Origin: Lytechinus pictus
Taxonomy: Eukaryota
Assembly (NCBI RefSeq): GCF_037042905.1
Contig: NC_087250.1
Span: 21,702,001-21,766,000 of the forward strand
Reading direction: 5' to 3'
DNA length: 64,000 nt
A model generated the notes under the pieces. That model was given only the letters and a program-made list of their open reading frames with translations, was not told the DNA's origin and did no database searches. Each line of letters starts with the position of its first letter. Position 1 is the stretch's first letter. The position numbers were made by a program, and so were the translations under genes. Positions 1 to 12,752 of the stretch are shown here, piece by piece.

Positions 1-42
1 ATGTGTGGAACTTTGTGTGCGCTTGACCATTTGGAGTACATT

Positions 43-337
43 CTCGGTTCCCACAGTCATTGAAAATCCTGGAAAAAATTTGTGGTCATGGAAAGTCAGG
101 GAATATGGAAAATTTGTGAAAACTCATGGAATTGCATTTACCTCTTGGTTATGGGAGCTTTCCAGTTTGCTGTGTCTCGCAAGACGCAACTCTCATACTC
201 TGCTATTATAATTGGTGTTCATGATATTTATTTTTCCCAGTTTTGTGACTTCCCAAATTCTACATAACTCCCGGGAAGTCATGGAAAGCAGCAATTTAGT
301 CATGGAATTCTGTTTTCGAATTTCTGTGGGACCCCTG
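43..337. mobile_element. hAT-like MITE with 5-bp TSD ACATT
   Basis: Imperfect TIR CTCGGTTCCCAC / GTGGGACCCCTG; ACATT at 38-42 and 338-342; internal GTCATGGAA repeats. Confidence 0.6.
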
Positions 338-484
338 ACATTTAAGACCATGTAGCTATTGCTATCAAGCTGTTGATGTCGGTGGTACACACCAGGAAAA
401 AAATATTTCTACAGGTGCCATTCGGCTGTATTCTTGTACGGACACATATGTCCAACCATAATAGGAAACAAATAAAAATATTAG

Positions 485-1071
485 AGGAGAATGAAACCCT
501 TGAAACCAGCTGAATCCATATCAAAGAGAAAAATCAAAGAAACATATTGTTGAAAGTTTGAGGAAGATTGAATGAATAATAAGAAAGTTATGAGCATTTG
601 AATATTGAGATCACTAATGCCATGTAGTTCCTCCCATTGGCAATGCGACCAAGATATGTGATGTCACACACGTACAACTCCCTCATTACTTTAGTACTTA
701 TTTCACTTATATTCTCACTTTTATAGAGTCTATCACAAGGTGAGGTGTTCTCTTTATGAGAGGACAAGTACAGAGGTTTCACAACATTATATCATTGATG
801 AATCGTTTGTCATATGATTAGAATGATGAGCAAAAAGAGATGTTTTTGGGTATATTTTCAGTGTCCAAAAGGGGAGAGTTTTTCATCTGTGACATCATAG
901 ATCTTGGTCGCATTGCCAATGGGAGGATCTCTATAGCATTAGTGATCTCCACATTCAAATGCTCATAACTCTTTTATTGCTAGTCCTATTTTACTCAAAC
1001 TTTTGTTGATCTTATTCTTTGATTTTTCTGCTTTCACAAAAGCTAACTTGCTCCAAGAGTTTCATTCTCCT
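485..1071. mobile_element. Kolobok/T2-like palindromic MITE
   Basis: AGGAGAATGAAAC...GTTTCATTCTCCT, flanks TTAG/TTAA, long internal inverted arms. Confidence 0.75.
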
Positions 1072-1186
1072 TTAAGATGCAATTTACTCATGGCTCACTC
1101 CAGTGTCAAAATCTTTACAATTTATTTTCCTGTTTCCAGTAACTTCTCTCAAAATTGTAATTGTGTATTTTTACTTCTATTTTCAG

Positions 1187-1259
1187 TCGACGAGCCCACG
1201 ATCCTGACTGCTACCCAGTGACGTGTGAGGTGTCGCCTTTATTATCTTACGCAGGAGAG
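1187..1259 (+). CDS. UAP1: UDP-N-acetylglucosamine pyrophosphorylase, penultimate coding exon (gene starts upstream of the window)
   Basis: Acceptor ttttcag ends at 1186 and donor GAG|gtaaaa follows 1259. After 1 nt the exon reads RRAHDPDCYPVTCEVSPLLSYAGE, matching the conserved UAP1 C-terminal motif CE(I/V)SPL(I/L)SYAGEGL. This frame is not in the ORF track. Confidence 0.9.
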
Positions 1260-1599
1260 GTAAAATCACTTGTATGATGGTGTGCTTGTATCAAATATGG
1301 CATGGTTAAGGGTTGCTTTCTGTTTGCAAAACAGTTGTATGCTGAACAGGGGGGGGGGGGGGCTTTTCGTCAACATTTTTCGTCCGACAATTTGTTAGAT
1401 CTGACAATTTTCCTTGATTTTAATTGGCTGAGAAGCAGTCCCTATTGTTAACTCTTGGATAAAATCGTGAGTCATTTCACTGCATGAACTAACCTATCAT
1501 GATATAAAACAAATATTGACTGCAAATATTATACTCATGCACCAGAAAAATCTGTCAAATTTTGACTAGATAAGGGAAGAGTTTACCTCATGGTTTTAT

Positions 1600-2581
1600 T
1601 TTTGTCTCACCTGCATAGCAGAGTGAGACTATAGGCGCCGCTTTTCCGACGGCGGCGGCGACGGCGGCGGCGACGGCGACGGCGGCGGCGGCGTCAACAC
1701 CAAATCTTAACCTGAGGTTAAGTTTTTGAAATGACAGCATAATTTAGAAAGTATATGGACCTAGTTCATGAAACTTGGCCATAAGGTTAATCAAGTATTA
1801 CTGAACATCCTGCCTGAGTTTCATGTGACATGACCAAGGTCAAAGGTCATTTAGGGTCAATGAACTTAGACCATGTTGGGGGAATCAACATCAAAATCTT
1901 AACCTAAGGTTAAGTTTTTGAAATGTCATCATAACTTAGAAAATATATGGACCTAGTTCATGAAACTTATACATAAGGTTAATCAAGTATCACTGAACAT
2001 CCTGCATGAGTTTCACATCACATGACCAAGGTCAAAGGTCATTTAGGGTCAATGAACTTTGGCCGAATTGGGGGTATCTGTTGAATTACCATCATAACTT
2101 TGAAAGTTTATGGATCTGATTCATGAAACTTGGACATAATAGTAATCAAGTATTACTGAACATCCTGTGCAAGTTTCAGGTCACATGATCAAGGTCAAAG
2201 GTCATTTAGGGTCAATGAACTTTGGCCAAATTGGGGTATTTGTTGAATTACAGCCATAAATTTGAAAGTGTGTTGGTCTAGTTCATAAAACTTGGACATA
2301 ATAGTAATCAAGTATCACTGAACATCCTGTGCGAGTTTCAGGTCACATGATCAAGGTCAAAGGTCATGTAAGGTCAAAGAACTTTGGCCACGTTGGGGGT
2401 ATTTGTTGAATTGCCATCATATCTCTATAAGTGTATTGGTCTAGTTCATAAAACGTGGAAATAAGAGTAACCAAGTATCACTGAACATCTTGTGCGAGTT
2501 ATAGTAGTTTTCAAAATCAGCACTGCTGCTATATTGAATCGCGTGATGCAGGTGAGACGGCCAGAGGCATTCCACTTGTTT
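1600..2581 (+). mobile_element. Helentron-associated non-autonomous element (HINE/DINE-1/Tsp-like)
   Basis: Inserted in a T-run. Subterminal inverted repeat GTCTCACCTGCAT (1604-1616) / ATGCAGGTGAGAC (2546-2558); (GGC/GAC)n microsatellite near the 5' end; about five tandem units of roughly 162-190 bp. Confidence 0.75.
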
Positions 2582-2621
2582 ACTATTGCCCTCTCAGCCT
2601 CTCACATTTGTATATACAGTG

Positions 2622-3150
2622 TTATATCCTACATAGAGTAAATCCTGTATAGTGATTGGTTCAAGTAGCATCATGTGACCTAATATATTTCAACTATGAT
2701 GTTGCGTGACGTCAGACCTCGATATATTTTTGGATATACCAATATTATGACGTCATTATTTCACAAAACTGGATATCTCGGCGCACCGCTTGCGCGCTCT
2801 CTCTCCCGGGTGCGCAAGTCCAGCGCAATGCGTCAGTGCAGACACTAATCTGCGTTCCGCTGAGCGCGGTGGCTCGGAGAAAAGTAGGTAATTCAACGCA
2901 AGTAACAAGACTTTGCATGCTCAGCGCATAGATTTTGGTTATAAATTATTAAAAGTAGGATATAAAACAAATATATCAGGCGTTTCATTCGAAAGCATAG
3001 TGGGAATTATTAATCCTCGGTTGGACTGGCAAAACTACTATATTTCCCTCGGGGCTTCGCCCCTCGGGGAAAAATAGTAATTGCCAGACCAACCTCGGAT
3101 AAATAATTCCACTATACTTTCTCAAAGCCTGATATATTTGTTTATTATAT
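2622..3150. mobile_element. Crypton-like non-autonomous element with terminal long hairpin
   Basis: TTATAT direct repeats at both ends; hairpin of about 185 bp at 2962-3146 centred on GGGGCTTCGCCCC; boundaries fixed by the empty paralogous site near 3612. Confidence 0.55.
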
Positions 3151-3665
3151 GACTGTTTGGTGATTACGCACTATATTTTCTTTTGCTCTAGATTTTTTAA
3201 CAGGATTACACAAGCAAAAGTCAAAGATCGGCGTTGTTCCAATGATACATGTATGTCATATCCGTTGCGCGCACTTGCGCAATAAGCGCGTAAATGCGCA
3301 AATTGTCTAAAACTTTCGATCAAATCGCGCGGATATTTATGGTATCCGCAATCACCGCAGAAAGCAAAGAAATGGGGATATCAGCCAAATTTTGCTATGC
3401 CCGTCGTTAAGGGGCGGGTCAGGGAGCAACAGCGAGAAATCTTGTTAACTATGCCTGTTGCCCTCTGGTATCACCTTAGTTTGTTGTTTTGCAGGCATGG
3501 TCGTTTACATGACCCCACTTTTGACCAATCAGAGGAACGGATTATTCGACATTCTTAAATAGAGGTTTATAATTTGTACTATTGCCCTCTCACCCACTCA
3601 CATATACAGTATTACATGACTGGTGATTACATACTATGTTTTCTTTTGTTCTGTTATTGTTGTAG

Positions 3666-3767
3666 GGACTTGATAAGATTTGCAATGGGAAGAAGTTCTG
3701 TCCTCCAATCCTCCTCAACCAGGCAAATGTAATAGCAGAGAAGCAAGATACGATCAACACCCAATAG
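3666..3767 (+). CDS. UAP1: UDP-N-acetylglucosamine pyrophosphorylase, last coding exon
   Basis: Acceptor ttgttgtag ends at 3665. The phase-0 join completes SYAGE|GL and reads GLDKICNGKKFCPPILLNQANVIAEKQDTINTQ* (TAG 3765-3767), resembling vertebrate GLESYVADKEFHAPLII. AATAAA occurs at 4021 and about 4338. Confidence 0.88.
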   Translation, partial: GLDKICNGKKFCPPILLNQANVIAEKQDTINTQ

Positions 3768-4556
3768 ACTGGTGAACAAACACAATTCAGGTTCAATTTT
3801 AAAGTATTGCTATCATCAGCTTTCATGAGAGATTTGGTAACATTCGCAACTCTTGGGTATGCAAATAGAAATCCTCTTCCATGAAATCTGCTGGTAAAAT
3901 AATGTCTTAACTTCAATCAGGGTACTTATTTAATCCATTCTCTACTCATTTCCTCAATTCCAAGCGCAAGAACCAAGAATTTGTTGAAAATGACATGCTA
4001 AATCGTTCAAAATATTGTCAAATAAAATGGACCAATTTTAAAATGCTTTTGTGAGTTATATTTCAACATTCATATCACCATTTCCATTTTGTTTTATTAT
4101 ATCCTGAAATAATGTCAAGAAATTTTAAAATTGGTTAATCTTTCCCATGCTGAATGCTACAATTTGCAATTTAGTAATTGACTAAAAAAAAAAAGGATAA
4201 GTCTGTAACTTTTTTTTTTGGGGGGGGGGTGGCTTCTGTTGAACTTATATGTACATGTCAGATATTATATTTATGAAAAAATATGTATTCTTAAAATGCT
4301 GGAGTTATGTAATATTGTAAATAATATTATTGAAGAAAATAAATGTATTGTGTAAGTCTTACTAATACTATAACATTGTATCAATAGGAGTTTATAGTTT
4401 CAATGAAACTCTCTTCCACCTGTATGTATGAACAGTCATTTTTGTGTGTATTTTTGTTTTAATGATGCTGCTATAAACATGTATGTTTTGGGATAATGTT
4501 AACAGTCTTGCTGAAGAAACTTGTAAGCCGAAAGCTAGATTGAGTATATGAATATA

Positions 4557-5169
4557 CAGTTGAGACCAAAAGTTTATATACACCCATGGAATTCGGTGAA
4601 ATTTGTTTGCTTGCCAAACATTGTAAAATTTACTCTTCAGAAATATGAATACTACCATGACGAATTTGGTATCAATTGAAGGAGCGTATTAAAGTTCTTT
4701 CAGATGATTTAAATGCCGTTGGGATTAACATACATGTATATTTCAGGTGGAATTATTTTTGAAAAAAAAGTAATACTTGTGCCAAATGTATTCTATTGTT
4801 TATTATATTTTCAAACATCATTTCATATAGATATATAAATATCAAATCTATGATTTATATTACATTTTCTATCATGATATGTCACCACTGAACATTAAAG
4901 TGTAATAATGAAATGTTTGTGTTGAGAAGTAACTAGCACAAATATATGTTTTTGTCAAGTTTTTATTTTTGATTTGTCTAAAATATGAAGATTTTTTGGG
5001 GAAAAATGACACCTAAATATTCTCAGCTCCTGATGACAAAGCAATGTGATGAAGGGGCATGACATACTCATGTGTTTGATATCAACTCTGTCATGATAGC
5101 ACAAACATTATATAAGATACAGTAAATTTTATGATGTTTGGCAAGTGTCAACTTTTCTGGCCTCAACTG
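4557..5169. mobile_element. Tc1/mariner-type non-autonomous element
   Basis: TA|CAGTTGAG...CTCAACTG|TA. Confidence 0.75.
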
Positions 5170-5265
5170 TACATGTTTAAAGAATGACCCAAGTTCATAT
5201 CTTGGCTAAAATTAATATTTTTGCTGATGCATGAACCTATTTTGAGTGTAATAATTCAAATACTG

Positions 5266-5532
5266 GGCCATGTCTTCCAAAGAGTTATGATTGATCCAAT
5301 CAACTACAACTATGGACGGCCAGCAACATCAACATCTAAAATGCAAATCTGTTCAAAATATTTTCTATTATGTATATTCATACATTCATCGTTCTCTTGA
5401 AGATTCAGTGTGATTCTTTCTGTTTACCAAGGAGATTGTGCACATTTCCTGTATAAAAAAAATTATGGCATGGATGGATTTCCATGAAGTTGGATTGATT
5501 GGATCAACTGTAACTCTTTGTAAGACGGGGCC
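5266..5532. mobile_element. Harbinger-like MITE of about 270 bp (family with many local copies)
   Basis: Consensus TIR GGCCCCGTCTTACAAAGAGTTA; CTG flanks here. Other copies near 6491 (partial), 26185-26430, 27444-27700, 28706-28971, 30800-30907 (partial), 34516-34787 and 34830-35013 (partial). Confidence 0.7.
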
Positions 5533-5735
5533 CTGATATTCCCGCTTTAAGTTTCCCCAAATCAAATGAAAAACTAACCAAATTCAAATTTTACTAATAA
5601 GAGTTGTAAATTTTTCTTTACTATTTTCTTCTCTACTAGAAATGATTTCTCTTGGAGTATAGTAATTCATGCACTCATTTCTCTTGCTTAGAAAAGAAAC
5701 AGATATGTCATTAAATCTATTTGAGAAGATTTAAC

Positions 5736-5971
5736 GGGACATGGTGGCTCAGTGGTAGAGCGTCCTCATGAACGGGAGGTCGTGGGTTCGATCCTCGGCC
5801 GAGTCATACCGAAGACTTATTGGACCTTCTGCCTTCTTGCTAGGCACTCAGCATTTAGATTGGAGAAGGGTAATAATAACATATTATGTTATGCAGGGCC
5901 CGCTGGTAAAGCAGTTTCCTAACTGAAGTGGCTACCCTGGGTAAATAAAACATTATTATCATTATTATTAT
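5736..5971 (+). mobile_element. tRNA-derived SINE (Meta-domain-like body)
   Basis: A box TGGCTCAGTGG, B box GTTCGATCC, body GGCCGAGTCATACC..GACTT..GCACTCAGCATT, AATAAA and (ATT)n tail. Confidence 0.75.
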
Positions 5972-7327
5972 AACTCTCCAAGTATTCCAAATTTAATACT
6001 TATTCATTTGTGGGATGGTTTGGTGCTCTTTAGCAAGAGAGAAAACAATTATTTGAGTCTTGTATTCATGTAACCCATTGATACCAGAATCAATGGCTTC
6101 TTCTTAAAATGTTAGTATCTTGAAAGACTTTGAAAAATACTATTTATTCATTTTAATTTATTAATTTTAATACACCATTCTTAATGTTGTTTGAATTGTA
6201 TCCCCAAGATATGCTCACATAGCTGGATTTACAAGACTACATTTTCTGTGATATTTTGTCTTATTTTATTTAGTTTTAATTTTATTTAAAAAAAAAATCT
6301 TTGAATGTATACCTTGTAGACAATTCTAAACACTTGGTGCAACTATCATATAATTATATTTGTAATGTTTTTTTTCAATTTTGATTATTCAACTTAAGTT
6401 ATGATACAGTCTTTTTCTTGAAGAGTATATATTTATCAAAATTGTACCAATTACTTGTAATTTTAATAATTCCTTTTTAATTGTATCTGTGGGCCCCGTC
6501 TTACAAAGAGTTATGATTGATCCAATCGATCTCAACTGTATTGAAATTCACCCATACCATAATTTTTTTTTCTACAGGAAATTTACACAATTTCCTTGGT
6601 AATTTCCTTGTTGATTTTTGTGATGTTGATATTTTCTATTAGTTTGAGTTACATTGTGCCTTAATTTCCTATTTTTTGTGGGACGTAACTATGAATATTA
6701 ATGCCTTAATTGTTATAAGTTTGACATTCCTTTTCAATGAAAACTTCATTTCAACAATTCCTACAGGCCAAAGAATAGTCGACGCATTAATTTAATGATT
6801 TGTGATAATTTCTTGATAAAGGCCCTTTATTGTAAACAAAATTGTGAATATATTTACAACTCTATGCTTTAACAAGATACATGTATATGCCTCCTGTGGA
6901 AGCATATTGATTCATTATGTTTGAGTTATATTTTGTTAGTTTCTTTGATTGGGAGAAATTTTTAGATTATATTACTAGTACCTCTTTTGGATCACTATTT
7001 TTTGTCTGAATTTGTTTCTATTGTTCAGCAAATGCAATGTCAGACATAGTGAGCCTAGTATATTGCTGGACATTTCAAATGAAGCACATGATGATAAACC
7101 TCATACCATTCCATTTTTTTTTTTTTTGGGGGGGGGTAAAATTTTGTGGTTATATTGTCTAAACAGACACAAATGTGGGGAAATCACAGTTTTACTGGCT
7201 GTAGTCATGATAATTGTATCCTGAAGTTTGTTGGTTCTACAATCATTTGTAATTTTATATTATAATTATTTTTTTAATGTGATGATTCTGGGTCTGGGAT
7301 GTGTGTTAAAATCACTGTGATACTTAC

Positions 7328-7950
7328 TAATAGACCAGTTCGTAGTTACCTCATGGACAATTTTGGTCAAATGACCTTTCATTTCTTTCATTAATACCAC
7401 GGTCACATTTGATCTACGGCGGCCGTACGGCGAGTCGAAAACAGCAGTTTTATTCATTTTTATTCAAACCACCTATGTATAGCTGGTACGAAAAAATGTT
7501 AAAACGGCTGTTTCCGACTCGCCGTACGGCCGCCGTAGAGTGAATGTGACCAAGGTATCAGATAGGCAGATTTCAAAGCAATATATTACGTAAGCTTGCC
7601 TTACATAGCAGGATGAAGAAATTGAATAGACCAGGTGACTAGAATAGCACACCAATGAACACTTTATGAAGGTATTTGTTGCATTCCTACTTTGAATGCA
7701 TACCATAGCATGTTGCACAATGTACTTGGCAAACTGTGAAATACCAGTCGTTCGTGGACGCATTGTTGTTTTTTTTTAATGTAATTGAAAACCTCTATTC
7801 AAAAGAATATATGAATAATCAAGACGTCAAAGTTGGTGCTTATCTCATTAGATTTTAAACCACCATGTCACTTTAGTACAAATGACCTTCCTCTGATCAT
7901 GCGTAGAATCTTTTGATCATGCGCAGAAAGGAACTACGAACTGGCTTATT
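7328..7950. mobile_element. TIR element carrying a nested small palindromic MITE (about 7395-7558)
   Basis: Outer AATAGACCAGTTCGTAGTT / AACTACGAACTGGCTTATT; inner ATACCACGGTCACATT..CTACGGCGGCCGTACGGCGAGTCG with its inverse. Confidence 0.6.
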
Positions 7951-8188
7951 GGAACTCATTATTATGTGCATGCCTTTAAATTTTTATTTGTGGAGGCTTT
8001 TTTTTACAATTGAAATTAAATAAAAGTCTTTCAAATGGTATATTACAAATTGTGTGAGCATATTTTCTTTTTTGTTTGTTTAATATTCAGTTATACTAAT
8101 GTATGTTACTTAATTATTTTTAAAGCGCTTAGAATCACCTTGTATTAATCACTGATCTCTCCATTAGTGGAGAGATCAGGGGTATTAA

Positions 8189-8943
8189 CCCTATCTTAAC
8201 TGGGCTATTTCGGACCAGTATATACTGGGGGGGGGGGGGTCAATTTGACCCCCTCAGATCTCGGCCGCTGATTGCGCAATCGCCGCGAAAATTTGCAAGC
8301 GCGTAGAGCCGGATTTAAACTACAAGATTGTATAGTAAAATTTTTTCTAATATTTTTTATTAATTATTCAAATAAGCATATTAAATTTGCCGTAATTTTT
8401 TTTTTTTTTTTGTATGTATTTGCCTTTAATTTATAAAGCTAGTAGAATGCTAATTTTTGGTGGGAGTATCAATTATTACATTTCTAACAAATATCTACAA
8501 AAAATAGCAAAAATATAATTAATTTCTTATGTATTTTATTGTTTTTTAAATTCTTATGTATTTCTTTGTTTTTATGGTTTTTCCCGATGAACTTGAGGAC
8601 CCTTTTGCGATCATAAATAGCATAAAATAAATCCATTTAAACCAACAAAACTAAAAATAATCATACATTTATGATTTTTGGTTGAAAAACACAATTTGCA
8701 TTGACTTTTTACACGGAATCACGTTTTTGAGCAATTTCTGGTCTGACATACACTTACAAAACGTTGCGTGATTTTGGAACCGCGTACCCGGGCGTCGCAA
8801 ATTTGGTCTCAAAAGATGCGCAAGACTTGAAAGTAAAAAGTCAGTGAGCGGCACAGTCAAAAAAATTCGTGCGACGGCGTAGTGACAAAATTTGTTGAGG
8901 GGGGGGGGGGTCAAATTGACCCCCCCCCCTAGTTTAATAAGGG
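8189..8943. mobile_element. piggyBac-like MITE
   Basis: TTAA|CCCT...AGGG|TTAA; same family at 38989, 43993 and 47952. Confidence 0.8.
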
Positions 8944-9271
8944 TTAAGCGGTATATACATGTAATTTATGATTATAATTATTCTAATACTATTTTCATCT
9001 TCGTGTGCATTAATCCGTATTAAATTATTGTGTATATATTGATCTGATTTACTATTATCTACTGTTCAGGTATAAATGATTTTAAACAGTTTTGTTTAGA
9101 TTGATCAAACAGTTTTTAAAAGACTTTTATTTAAACTCCTGAAGAAGAAGTATAATAGTCCTTTCATTTCCACTGAGAGGCTAACTGTACATTATTGTGC
9201 ATATATAATCCTTTAAAAAAAAAACATAGCACTCCTCCACCCCCCCCCCTCGTCTCGCCATTTCCTCTCTC

Positions 9272-10080
9272 TTTTTTATCTCACCTGCACAGCAGAGTGA
9301 GACTAGGCACAGCTTTTCCGACAGCGGCATCAACACCAAATCTTTACCGAAGGTTACGTTTTTAAATTGACAGCATAACTTACAAAGTATATGGACCTAG
9401 TTCATGAAACTTGGACATAAGGTTAATCAATTAATTCTGAACATCCTGCCTGAGTTTCAGGTCACATGACCAAGGTCAAATGTCAATGAACTTTGGCCAT
9501 GTTGGGGGTATTTGTTACCCTATGTAAGTGTATTGGTCTAGTTCGTAAAACTTGGACATAATAGTAACCAAGTATCACTGAACATCCTGTGCGAGTTCAG
9601 GTCACATGACCGAGGTCAAAGGTCAATGAATTTTCGCCATGTTGGGATAATTTGTTGATTTACCATCATAACTCTGAAAGTGTATTGGTCCAGTTCACAA
9701 AACTTGGACATAAGAGTAACCAAGTATCACTTAAAATCTCAGGCGAGTTTCAGGTCACATGACCAAAGTCAAAGGTCATTTAAGGTCAATGAACTTTGGT
9801 CATTTTGGAGGTAATTATTAGATTGCTGTCATAACTTTCAAAGTTTATAGATATAGTTTATAAAATGTGGATATAGGGCTATTCAAGTATCACTGACAAG
9901 TCTTAGGTCGCATGGTCAAGGTCAAATGTTATAATTGTCAGTAAACATAATATTGTATTGAAACATTTTATGAATTGTGTTTTTGTGACTAATTATTTTA
10001 TAGTCGTTTTCAAAGTGAGTACTGCTGCTATATTGAATCGCGTGATTCAGGTGAGACTGTCAAAGGCGCTCCAATTGTTT
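9272..10080 (+). mobile_element. Second, more diverged copy of the HINE-like element
   Basis: Same TCTCACCTGCA...CAGGTGAGAC ends and the same tandem units, with fewer repeats. Confidence 0.75.
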
Positions 10081-10153
10081 AACCTAAGAAAAAAATGTTT
10101 TGGTTTTGTGTGAAAAAACAAAAATTGTTGGAACTCGCAACTTGATTTTTTTT

Positions 10154-10698
10154 AGGACAAGTCTACCCCAACCAGAAGTTGATTTGAATAAAAAAAGAAA
10201 ATCCAACAAGAATAACATTGAACAATTTATCAAAATCGGATGTTAAATAGGAAAGGTATGACATTTTTAAGTTTCACTCACTTTCACAAAACAGTTATAT
10301 TCACATCCTGGTTGGTATGCAAATGAGGGACTGATGACATCACTCACTATTTCTTTTGTATTTTATTATATGAAATGTGAGATATTCCAATTTTCTTCCC
10401 GTTGTCCTGTGAAACCAAGTTTTATATTATTCCTCCCTGGACATGTGGTGTTACTATATTGATTTACCATTTTACGGTTCAGTCAAGTTGGTCGTTATTA
10501 ATTGTCAAATCTTTAAAAATTGAAATATTGCAATGTGTTTGTCACTGCATGATTTGTGCATATTTTATGAAAAATAAGCGAAGCTTTAAATTGTCGTAAC
10601 TTTATTATTTTACATCCGAATTTTGATGAAATTTTCAGCGTTATGCTTGCCTGTTTTTCTCGATTGATTAAGATCAACATAGTCTGTGGACTTGACCT
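10154..10698. mobile_element. Kolobok/T2-like MITE
   Basis: AGGACAAGTC...GACTTGACCT|TTAA; same family at 11440, 31982 and 56489, fragment at about 41860-42280. Confidence 0.75.
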
Positions 10699-11439
10699 TT
10701 AAGGAAAATCCTGAAACATCTGTAGAGGGCGTGTGTCATCATGTGAGATATTTCACAAGAATGTTCTTCCAATTCTTCGATTTCACAACAACTCGACAAT
10801 TTGGCTGGCATGGGTTTGAAACAATGCAATGAATCTGCCTAAAACGGAAGTTTGAATTTCCTTTTTGAAAAAATCCCTGAATGTTACACCGCAATCCCAA
10901 CATAGCTGATCACGTGAACTACAAGTTTTGTAGCGAGTAACAAAGGGGGGGGGGGATACTATAGGCTATAGGCCGGGGCAACCACTGATCCCTTCCCTTT
11001 ATATTATTTCCTATTGAACGATGTATCTATATAATTCACCTGTCTCTATTGAGAGAGAAAAAAAAACGTGATCTATGCCAGCACTGCCTCCAAGCAACCC
11101 CCCCCCCCCCCCCCCGATTGACCACCACTCCCGTGTACATAAACTTTAAATGCTGAAGTATATAGTACCGAAAGTCGTTTGAGACTCCCATTACTATATT
11201 TTGCACCGAGTAAGAGATTGTTGCCTAACTTCTCTATAGCTCTCTGACTCGACAGTCAACTATTATACATCGTAGTTTGTGTTCCCAAACAACACTGCCT
11301 ATTGAATCTTCTGGTGGATAATTCAAGCATTTTGTCATATCAATCGTCTGAAAATAATTGGTGTTCCGCTTTCTCTTTGATTTTCTGGGTCAATGCGTGC
11401 TATGTTGGCAGATTGAACTAAAGGCCTGGTAAGTGTTTA

Positions 11440-12318
11440 AGGTCAAGTCTACCCAGATAAAATGTTGATTTGAATAAATAGAGAAAAATCAAACAAGCAG
11501 AACATTGAAAGTTCCATTAAAATCGGATTTCAAATAAGGAAGTTATGATATTTTAAAGTTTGGCTTATTTTTCACATAACAGTCATATGCACAACTCAGT
11601 AATAATTATGCAAATGAGAGAGTCAATGATGTCCCTCAGTCACTTTTATTATTATTATTATTTGTTTGGCGTCACCTGTGCCTGGGAGGCGAAAAGCGAA
11701 CTGAATCACTATGACCCGCAGGTCTCTCCTCCCGATATAACTGATTGGGGGGAATGCAGGTGGACCACTACACCGGGGTTTCCCCCTACTCTTATACGAA
11801 TAGTACAGTGGGTTCTTAACGTGCAAAGGTGGTGACTCTCCTCTACACGGGGCCTCCATTTAACGTCCTATCCGAGGGACGGAGTGTTTTCCATTGTAAC
11901 CTAGCCTGCATCTATGACACATGGGAGAGACGTTTACACACAACGCACTGGCTTCAGTCAGCTTCTTTTTTTTTTTTTTTTTAATTGTTTACCGATATGA
12001 CAATAAGGACCAACTTGACTGAACCATAATTAAAAATGGTAATTATATCAAAGAGAACAAAATTTTATTCTACAGGACAATGAGGAGAAAATAAAATTAT
12101 ATTTCATATAATGAAATACAAAAGAAAAAGTGAGTGGGTAACGTAATCAGACACCTCATTTACGTACCAACCAGGATGTGTATAAATAATTGTTATGTGA
12201 AATTAAGCGAGAATTCAAAATATCATAATTTTCTTATTTTGCAATCCGATTTTGATGAAATGTTCAGTGTTATGCTTGTTGGATTTTTTTTTTTTTTTGG
12301 GGGGGGTAGATTTGTCCT
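11440..12318. mobile_element. Kolobok/T2-like MITE containing a SINE
   Basis: AGGTCAAGTC...TTTGTCCT|TTAA; interrupted at about 11647-11965. Confidence 0.75.
11647..11965 (-). mobile_element. 5'-truncated SINE with Deu/Nin-like domain
   Basis: Minus strand GTCCCTCGGATAGGACGTTAAATGGAGGCCCCGTG...CACGTTAAGAACCCACTGTACTATTCGTATAAGAGTAGGGGG..CCCCGGTG resembles the Deu domain; (TAA)n tail. Confidence 0.65.
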
Positions 12319-12752
12319 TTAACAAACTTGATACACAATACTGCGGTGCCCATTGGTGTGTAGAGGATCTAGTGTAAAATTTTTGGCGTTATTTCAATAT
12401 CATTCTTTAGGAGATTATTACATCATGTACCGTTGGATATCAATTTTACACCCTTTGAAATGTTCCGATCTCGATGGCAAGGCGTCATCCCTATGCAATG
12501 ATAAGGCATACAAATTTTTACTTTAAGAAATTCCCTCTTTTTCTCTCTTACCTGTAGTTTTTTCATGATTTTGTTCAAACTCTCACCAGTTTAATTGCCT
12601 GTGAAGTTATCTTTTCTTCTTAAAAAAACTTTTCTGTTGGATTGCACCCCCTTATCATGCTTACACTTTAGGGTATGTTTTTTACCCCAAAGCTTTTTTT
12701 TAAGACTAGCCAAACGTGTTTAGGGTATGGGTTTTTTCCCCGAGGTCACTTT

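Noticed and set aside
1003..1221. ORF ending VDEPTILTATQ* as a terminal exon
   Set aside because: Wrong frame; another frame of the same exon gives the UAP1 motif and splices in phase.
4503..4545. Second hammerhead-like string CTGAAGA...GAAAGCTA
   Set aside because: Stem II closing pairs are mismatched and stem I is offset by 3 nt; at best a dead relic, possibly chance.
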